NCBI GenBank assembly: GCA_002189035.1
Contig: NEEC01000182.1
Coordinates: 1-33,680 of the forward strand
DNA length: 33,680 nt
Origin: Utricularia gibba
Lineage: Eukaryota > Plantae > Magnoliophyta
Direction of reading: 5' to 3'
In this document: positions 24,701 through 33,680 of the stretch, one piece after another
How positions within the stretch are numbered: the first letter of the stretch is position 1
How the letters are laid out: every line of letters begins with the position of its first letter
Made by a program: the position numbers and the translations under genes
The notes under the pieces: model-generated
What the model saw: only the letters and a program-made list of their open reading frames with translations
Told to the model about the DNA's origin: nothing
Databases searched by the model: none

Positions 24701-27700
24701 AGAGCGCCTTCTGAAATATAAAGTAGAGTGTTGAGAAAACCCGTTGGGGTTCTCATGACATCCTAACTAAAGCAAATGCATTACGATTTCGTCGAGTACG
24801 ACCCGATTGGGCTTAGTAGCCAGACCGAATCTCGGGCCCTGACAAAGCTCCCAACTACAGCACCCACCTTAAAACGGCAAGCTGTTGCTTGAAAAACCAT
24901 TTAGGCAGCCGCCGAAAACCCATCGTTGATAAATGCATCACTTATTTTCCGGGCTACAACTGACTATTGGCCTGAGCCCGACCCGACCTCTGGCCCAATC
25001 CCGAAACCCTCCGAGGGCGCCTTCTCAAATATATAGCAGAGTGTTGAGAAAACCCATTGGGGTTCTCATGACATCCTAACTACATCAAATGCGTTACGAT
25101 TTTCGTCGAGTGCGACCCGATTGGGCTTAGTAGCCAGACCGAATCTCGGGCCGGACAAAGCTCCCAACGACAGCACCCGCCTTTAAATGGCAAGCTGTTG
25201 CTTGAAAAACCATGTGGGCAGCCGCCGACAACCCAACGTTAATAAATGCATCACTTCTTTTGCCGGGCTACAGCTGACTTGGGCTCAAGCCCGACCCGAA
25301 TCCGGCCCGATCTCGGTGACCCACAAAAGCGCCTTGTCAAGTGTAAAGCATGCTGTTGAAAAAACCATTTGGGGTGGTCATGAGATCCTAACTTCAATAA
25401 AGGTGTCACGATTTTCGTCGAATGGGATCGGATTGTGCTGTGAAGTCAGACCGAACCTTGGGTCCGGACGAAGTTCCCAACAACAGCACCCGCAAAAAAA
25501 CGACAACTTTTCCTCGAAAAAAGCATGTAGGCAGCCGCCGAAAACCCAACGTTAATAAATGCATCACTTTTTTGGCCGGGCTACAAATGACTATGGGCCA
25601 GAGCGCGACTCGACCATTTGCTCGATACTAGTGCCAGCCTAGAGCGCCTCCTCAAATATAAATCAGGTTGTTGAGAAAACCATTTGGGGTGCTCATGACA
25701 TCCTAACTTCAAAAAATGCATCACGATTTTCATCGAGTAGCACCCGATTGGGCTCAGGAGCCAGACCGAACCTTGGGCCCTTACAAAGCTGCCAACGACA
25801 GCACCCGCCTTAAAATGGCAAGCTATTGCTTGAAAAACCATTCAGGCAGCCGCCGAAAACCCAACGTTGATAAATGCATCACTTATTTTCCGGGCTACAA
25901 CTGACTATGGGCCATAGCCCGACCCGACCTCTGGCCCAATCCCGAAACCCCCCAAGAGCGCCTTCTGAAATATAAAGTAGAGTGTTGAGAAAACCCGTTG
26001 GGGTTCTCATGACATCCTAACTAAAGCAAATGCATTACGATTTCGTCGAGTACGACCCGATTGGGCTTAGTAGCCAGACCGAATCTCGGGCCCTGACAAA
26101 GCTCCCAACTACAGCACCCACCTTAAAACGGCAAGCTGTTGCTTGAAAAACCATTTAGGCAGCCGCCGAAAACCCATCGTTGATAAATGCATCACTTATT
26201 TTCCGGGCTACAACTGACTATTGGCCTGAGCCCGACCCGACCTCTGGCCCAATCCCGAAACCCTCCGAGGGCGCCTTCTCAAATATATAGCAGAGTGTTG
26301 AGAAAACCCATTGGGGTTCTCATGACATCCTAACTACATCAAATGCGTTACGATTTTCGTCGAGTGCGACCCGATTGGGCTTAGTAGCCAGACCGAATCT
26401 CGGGCCGGACAAAGCTCCCAACGACAGCACCCGCCTTTAAATGGCAAGCTGTTGCTTGAAAAACCATGTGGGCAGCCGCCGACAACCCAACGTTAATAAA
26501 TGCATCACTTCTTTTGCCGGGCTACAGCTGACTTTGGGCTCAAGCCCGACCCGAATCCGGCCCGATCTCGGTGACCCACAAAAGCGCCTTGTCAAGTGTA
26601 AAGCATGCTGTTGAAAAAACCATTTGGGGTGGTCATGAGATCCTAACTTCAATAAAGGTGTCACGATTTTCGTCGAATGGGATCGGATTGTGCTGTGAAG
26701 TCAGACCGAACCTTGGGTCCGGACGAAGTTCCCAACAACAGCACCCGCAAAAAAACGACAACTTTTCCTCGAAAAAAGCATGTAGGCAGCCGCCGAAAAC
26801 CCAACGTTAATAAATGCATCACTTTTTTGGCCGGGCTACAAATGACTATGGGCCAGAGCGCGACTCGACCATTTGCTCGATACTAGTGCCAGCCTAGAGC
26901 GCCTCCTCAAATATAAATCAGGTTGTTGAGAAAACCATTTGGGGTGCTCATGACATCCTAACTTCAAAAAATGCATCACGATTTTCATCGAGTAGCACCC
27001 GATTGGGCTCAGGAGCCAGACCGAACCTTGGGCCCTTACAAAGCTGCCAACGACAGCACCCGCCTTAAAATGGCAAGCTATTGCTTGAAAAACCATTCAG
27101 GCAGCCGCCGAAAACCCAACGTTGATAAATGCATCACTTATTTTCCGGGCTACAACTGACTATGGGCCATAGCCCGACCCGACCTCTGGCCCAATCCCGA
27201 AACCCCCAAGAGCGCCTTCTGAAATATAAAGTAGAGTGTTGAGAAAACCCGTTGGGGTTCTCATGACATCCTAACTAAAGCAAATGCATTACGATTTCGT
27301 CGAGTACGACCCGATTGGGCTTAGTAGCCAGACCGAATCTCGGGCCCTGACAAAGCTCCCAACTACAGCACCCACCTTAAAACGGCAAGCTGTTGCTTGA
27401 AAAACCATTTAGGCAGCCGCCGAAAACCCATCGTTGATAAATGCATCACTTATTTTCCGGGCTACAACTGACTATTGGCCTGAGCCCGACCCGACCTCTG
27501 GCCCAATCCCGAAACCCTCCGAGGGCGCCTTCTCAAATATATAGCAGAGTGTTGAGAAAACCCATTGGGGTTCTCATGACATCCTAACTACATCAAATGC
27601 GTTACGATTTTCGTCGAGTGCGACCCGATTGGGCTTAGTAGCCAGACCGAATCTCGGGCCGGACAAAGCTCCCAACGACAGCACCCGCCTTTAAATGGCA

Positions 27701-30700
27701 AGCTGTTGCTTGAAAAACCATGTGGGCAGCCGCCGACAACCCAACGTTAATAAATGCATCACTTCTTTTGCCGGGCTACAGCTGACTTTGGGCTCAAGCC
27801 CGACCCGAATCCGGCCCGATCTCGGTGACCCACAAAAGCGCCTTGTCAAGTGTAAAGCATGCTGTTGAAAAAACCATTTGGGGTGGTCATGAGATCCTAA
27901 CTTCAATAAAGTGTCACGATTTTCGTCGAATGGGATCGGATTGTGCTGTGAAGTCAGACCGAACCTTGGGTCCGGACGAAGTTCCCAACAACAGCACCCG
28001 CAAAAAAACGACAACTTTTCCTCGAAAAAAGCATGTAGGCAGCCGCCGAAAACCCAACGTTAATAAATGCATCACTTTTTTGGCCGGGCTACAAATGACT
28101 ATGGGCCAGAGCGCGACTCGACCATTTGCTCGATACTAGTGCCAGCCTAGAGCGCCTCCTCAAATATAAATCAGGTTGTTGAGAAAACCATTTGGGGTGC
28201 TCATGACATCCTAACTTCAAAAAATGCATCACGATTTTCATCGAGTAGCACCCGATTGGGCTCAGGAGCCAGACCGAACCTTGGGCCCTTACAAAGCTGC
28301 CAACGACAGCACCCGCCTTAAAATGGCAAGCTATTGCTTGAAAAACCATTCAGGCAGCCGCCGAAAACCCAACGTTGATAAATGCATCACTTATTTTCCG
28401 GGCTACAACTGACTATGGGCCATAGCCCGACCCGACCTCTGGCCCAATCCCGAAACCCCCCAAGAGCGCCTTCTGAAATATAAAGTAGAGTGTTGAGAAA
28501 ACCCATTGGGGTTCTCATGACATCCTAACTAAAGCAAATGCATTACGATTTCGTCGAGTACGACCCGATTGGGCTTAGTAGCCAGACCGAATCTCGGGCC
28601 CTGACAAAGCTCCCAACTACAGCACCCACCTTAAAACGGCAAGCTGTTGCTTGAAAAACCATTTAGGCAGCCGCCGAAAACCCATCGTTGATAAATGCAT
28701 CACTTATTTTCCGGGCTACAACTGACTATTGGCCTGAGCCCGACCCGACCTCTGGCCCAATCCCGAAACCCTCCGAGGGCGCCTTCTCAAATATATAGCA
28801 GAGTGTTGAGAAAACCCATTGGGGTTCTCATGACATCCTAACTACATCAAATGCGTTACGATTTTCGTCGAGTGCGACCCGATTGGGCTTAGTAGCCAGA
28901 CCGAATCTCGGGCCGGACAAAGCTCCCAACGACAGCACCCGCCTTTAAATGGCAAGCTGTTGCTTGAAAAACCATGTGGGCAGCCGCCGACAACCCAACG
29001 TTAATAAATGCATCACTTCTTTTGCCGGGCTACAGCTGACTTTGGGCTCAAGCCCGACCCGAATCCGGCCCGATCTCGGTGACCCACAAAAGCGCCTTGT
29101 CAAGTGTAAAGCATGCTGTTGAAAAAACCATTTGGGTGGTCATGAGATCCTAACTTCAATAAAGGTGTCACGATTTTCGTCGAATGGGATCGGATTGTGC
29201 TGTGAAGTCAGACCGAACCTTGGGTCCGGACGAAGTTCCCAACAACAGCACCCGCAAAAAAACGACAACTTTTCCTCGAAAAAAGCATGTAGGCAGCCGC
29301 CGAAAACCCAACGTTAATAAATGCATCACTTTTTTGGCCGGGCTACAAATGACTATGGGCCAGAGCGCGACTCGACCATTTGCTCGATACTAGTGCCAGC
29401 CTAGAGCGCCTCCTCAAATATAAATCAGGTTGTTGAGAAAACCATTTGGGGTGCTCATGACATCCTAACTTCAAAAAATGCATCACGATTTTCATCGAGT
29501 AGCACCCGATTGGGCTCAGGAGCCAGACCGAACCTTGGGCCCTTACAAAGCTGCCAACGACAGCACCCGCCTTAAAATGGCAAGCTATTGCTTGAAAAAC
29601 CATTCAGGCAGCCGCCGAAAACCCAACGTTGATAAATGCATCACTTATTTTCCGGGCTACAACTGACTATGGGCCATAGCCCGACCCGACCTCTGGCCCA
29701 ATCCCGAAACCCCCCAAGAGCGCCTTCTGAAATATAAAGTAGAGTGTTGAGAAAACCCAGGGGTTCTCATGACATCCTAACTAAAGCAAATGCATTACGA
29801 TTTCGTCGAGTACGACCCGATTGGGCTTAGTAGCCAGACCGAATCTCGGCCCTGACAAAGCTCCCAACTACAGCACCCACCTTAAAACGGCAAGCTGTTG
29901 CTTGAAAAACCATTTAGGCAGCCGCCGAAAACCCATCGTTGATAAATGCATCACTTATTTTCCGGGCTACAACTGACTATTGGCCTGAGCCCGACCCGAC
30001 CTCTGGCCCAATCCCGAAACCCTCCGAGGGCGCCTTCTCAAATATATAGCAGAGTGTTGAGAAAACCCATTGGGGTTCTCATGACATCCTAACTACATCA
30101 AATGCGTTACGATTTTCGTCGAGTGCGACCCGATTGGGCTTAGTAGCCAGACCGAATCTCGGCCGGACAAAGCTCCCAACGACAGCACCCGCCTTTAAAT
30201 GGCAAGCTGTTGCTTGAAAAACCATGTGGGCAGCCGCCGACAACCCAACGTTAATAAATGCATCACTTCTTTTGCCGGGCTACAGCTGACTATGGGCTCA
30301 AGCCCGACCCGAATCCGGCCCGATCTCGGTGACCCACAAAAGCGCCTTGTCAAGTGTAAAGCATGCTGTTGAAAAAACCATTTGGGTGGTCATGAGATCC
30401 TAACTTCAATAAAGGTGTCACGATTTTCGTCGAATGGGATCGGATTGTGCTGTGAAGTCAGACCGAACCTTGGGTCCGGACGAAGTTCCCAACAACAGCA
30501 CCCGCAAAAAAACGACAACTTTTCCTCGAAAAAAGCATGTAGGCAGCCGCCGAAAACCCAACGTTAATAAATGCATCACTTTTTTGGCCGGGCTACAAAT
30601 GACTATGGGCCAGAGCGCGACTCGACCATTTGCTCGATACTAGTGCCAGCCTAGAGCGCCTCCTCAAATATAAATCAGGTTGTTGAAAAACCATTTGGGG

Positions 30701-33680
30701 TGCTCATGACATCCTAACTTCAAAAAATGCATCACGATTTTCATCGAGTAGCACCCGATTGGGCTCAGGAGCCAGACCGAACCTTGGGCCCTTACAAAGC
30801 TGCCAACGACAGCACCCGCCTTAAAATGGCAAGCTATTGCTTGAAAAACCATTCAGGCAGCCGCCGAAAACCCAACGTTGATAAATGCATCACTTATTTT
30901 CCGGGCTACAACTGACTATGGGCCATAGCCCGACCCGACCTCTGGCCCAATCCCGAAACCCCCAAGAGCGCCTTCTGAAATATAAAGTAGAGTGTTGAGA
31001 AACCCATTGGGGTTCTCATGACATCCTAACTAAAGCAAATGCATTACGATTTCGTCGAGTACGACCCGATTGGGCTTAGTAGCCAGACCGAATCTCGGGC
31101 CCTGACAAAGCTCCCAACTACAGCACCCACCTTAAAACGGCAAGCTGTTGCTTGAAAAACCATTTAGGCAGCCGCCGAAAACCCATCGTTGATAAATGCA
31201 TCACTTATTTTCCGGGCTACAACTGACTATTGGCCTGAGCCCGACCCGACCTCTGGCCCAATCCCGAAACCCTCCGAGGGCGCCTTCTCAAATATATAGC
31301 AGAGTGTTGAGAAAACCCATTGGGTTCTCATGACATCCTAACTACATCAAATGCGTTACGATTTTCGTCGAGTGCGACCCGATTGGGCTTAGTAGCCAGA
31401 CCGAATCTCGGGCCGGACAAAGCTCCCAACGACAGCACCCGCTTTAAATGGCAAGCTGTTGCTTGAAAAACCATGTGGGCAGCCGCCGACAACCCAACGT
31501 TAATAAATGCATCACTTCTTTTGCCGGGCTACAGCTGACTTTGGGCTCAAGCCCGACCCGAATCCGGCCCGATCTCGGTGACCCACAAAAGCGCCTTGTC
31601 AAGTGTAAAGCATGCTGTTGAAAAAACCATTTGGGTGGTCATGAGATCCTAACTTCAATAAAGGTGTCACGATTTTCGTCGAATGGGATCGGATTGTGCT
31701 GTGAAGTCAGACCGAACCTTGGGTCCGGACGAAGTTCCCAACAACAGCACCCGCAAAAAAACGACAACTTTTCCTCGAAAAAAGCATGTAGGCAGCCGCC
31801 GAAAACCCAACGTTAATAAATGCATCACTTTTTTGGCCGGGCTACAAATGACTATGGGCCAGAGCGCGACTCGACCATTTGCTCGATACTAGTGCCAGCC
31901 TAGAGCGCCTCCTCAAATATAAATCAGGTTGTTGAGAAAACCATTTGGGGTGCTCATGACATCTAACTTCAAAAAATGCATCACGATTTTCATCGAGTAG
32001 CACCCGATTGGGCTCAGGAGCCAGACCGAACCTTGGGCCCTTACAAAGCTGCCAACGACAGCACCCGCCTTAAAATGGCAAGCTATTGCTTGAAAAACCA
32101 TTCAGGCAGCCGCCGAAAACCCAACGTTGATAAATGCATCACTTATTTTCCGGGCTACAACTGACTATGGGCCATAGCCCGACCCGACCTCTGGCCCAAT
32201 CCCGAAACCCCCAAGAGCGCCTTCTGAAATATAAAGTAGAGTGTTGAGAAAACCCATTGGGGTTCTCATGACATCCTAACTAAAGCAAATGCATTACGAT
32301 TTCGTCGAGTACGACCCGATTGGGCTTAGTAGCCAGACCGAATCTCGGGCCCTGACAAAGCTCCCAACTACAGCACCCACCTTAAAACGGCAAGCTGTTG
32401 CTTGAAAAACCATTTAGGCAGCCGCCGAAAACCCATCGTTGATAAATGCATCACTTATTTTCCGGGCTACAACTGACTATTGGCCTGAGCCCGACCCGAC
32501 CTCTGGCCCAATCCCGAAACCCTCCGAGGGCGCCTTCTCAAATATATAGCAGAGTGTTGAGAAAACCCATTGGGGTTCTCATGACATCCTAACTACATCA
32601 AATGCGTTACGATTTTCGTCGAGTGCGACCCGATTGGGCTTAGTAGCCAGACCGAATCTCGGGCCGGACAAAGCTCCCAACGACAGCACCCGACTTTAAA
32701 TGGCAAGCTGTTGCTTGAAAAACCATGTGGGCAGCCGCCGACAACCCAACGTTAATAAATGCATCACTTCTTTTGCCGGGCTACAGCTGACTATGGGCTC
32801 AAGCCCGACCCGAATCCGGCCCGATCTCGGTGACCCACAAAAGCGCCTTGTCAAGTGTAAAGCATGCTGTTGAAAAAACCATTTGGGGTGGTCATGAGAT
32901 CCTAACTTCAATAAAGGTGTCACGATTTTCGTCGAATGGGATCGGATTGTGCTGTGAAGTCAGACCGAACCTTGGGTCCGGACGAAGTTCCCAACAACAG
33001 CACCCGCAAAAAAACGACAACTTTTCCTCGAAAAAAGCATGTAGGCAGCCGCCGAAAACCCAACGTTAATAAATGCATCACTTTTTTGGCCGGGCTACAA
33101 ATGACTATGGGCCAGAGCGCGACTCGACCATTTGCTCGATACTAGTGCCAGCCTAGAGCGCCTCCTCAAATATAAATCAGGTTGTTGAGAAAACCATTTG
33201 GGGTGCTCATGACATCCTAACTTCAAAAAATGCATCACGATTTTCATCGAGTAGCACCCGATTGGGCTCAGGAGCCAGACCGAACCTTGGGCCCTTACAA
33301 AGCTGCCAACGACAGCACCCGCCTTAAAATGGCAAGCTATTGCTTGAAAAACCATTCAGGCAGCCGCCGAAAACCCAACGTTGATAAATGCATCACTTAT
33401 TTTCCGGGCTACAACTGACTATGGGCCATAGCCCGACCCGACCTCTGGCCCAATCCCGAAACCCCCCCAAGAGCGCCTTCTGAAATATAAAGTAGAGTGT
33501 TGAGAAAACCCGTTGGGTTCTCATGACATCCTAACTAAAGCAAATGCATTACGATTTCGTCGAGTACGACCCGATTGGGCTTAGTAGCCAGACCGAATCT
33601 CGGGCCCTGACAAAGCTCCCAACTACAGCACCCACCTTAAAACGGCAAGCTGTTTGCTTGAAAAACCATTTAGGCAGCCG

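Larger units (their letters stand above)
1..33680. repeat. Tandem satellite DNA array, ~1,254-bp higher-order repeat, ~27 copies, single orientation
   Basis: The identical 62-aa pseudo-ORF marking monomer C recurs at 691, 1941, 3193, 4444, 5700, 6953, 8208, 9718, 10972, 12226, 13480 ... 33230 (27 times). Spacing is 1249-1256 bp except for three intervals (1510, 937, 1272). No non-repeat sequence was found anywhere. Confidence 0.99.

Noticed and set aside
103-33418. All ORFs in the six-frame track (60-147 aa), including the invariant 62-aa and 86-aa ones
   Set aside because: They recur once per HOR, overlap on both strands, and change length or frame with single-base indels. They show no recognisable domain. 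Their invariance reflects DNA homogenisation, not coding constraint.
1-33680. CRISPR array or repeat-spacer cassette system
   Set aside because: There are no unique spacers or cargo between repeats; every base belongs to the repeat. No cas, integrase or other gene is present.
1-33680. Transposon insertion, inversion or strand switch within the array
   Set aside because: No foreign sequence, terminal repeats or reverse-oriented monomers were seen. All three irregular regions are made only of same-strand satellite words.

Overview
The whole 33,680-bp window is one head-to-tail satellite DNA array in a single orientation, with no genes, RNA genes, transposons or unique sequence. It is nested at three levels. 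A ~155-159 bp basic subunit alternates between two types (odd/even). Pairs of subunits form ~313 bp monomers of four variants (A, B, C, D). These form a ~1,254 bp higher-order repeat (HOR; 8 subunits), present about 27 times. All listed ORFs are recurring translations of this repeat and are not credible genes. Three places break the register: an extra D/C hybrid monomer (~8.4-8.7 kb), a HOR lacking monomer D (~17.8-18.8 kb), and a scrambled patch with a one-subunit register slip (~21.1-21.7 kb). SNPs define blocks of related HOR copies and possibly an incipient ~2.5 kb super-period. Several irregularities look like consensus or polishing artefacts and need raw-read confirmation. The architecture fits a eukaryotic (peri)centromeric or other heterochromatic satellite, but I cannot name the family or organism. 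I see no support for a novel gene-based system; the interest lies in the repeat architecture.
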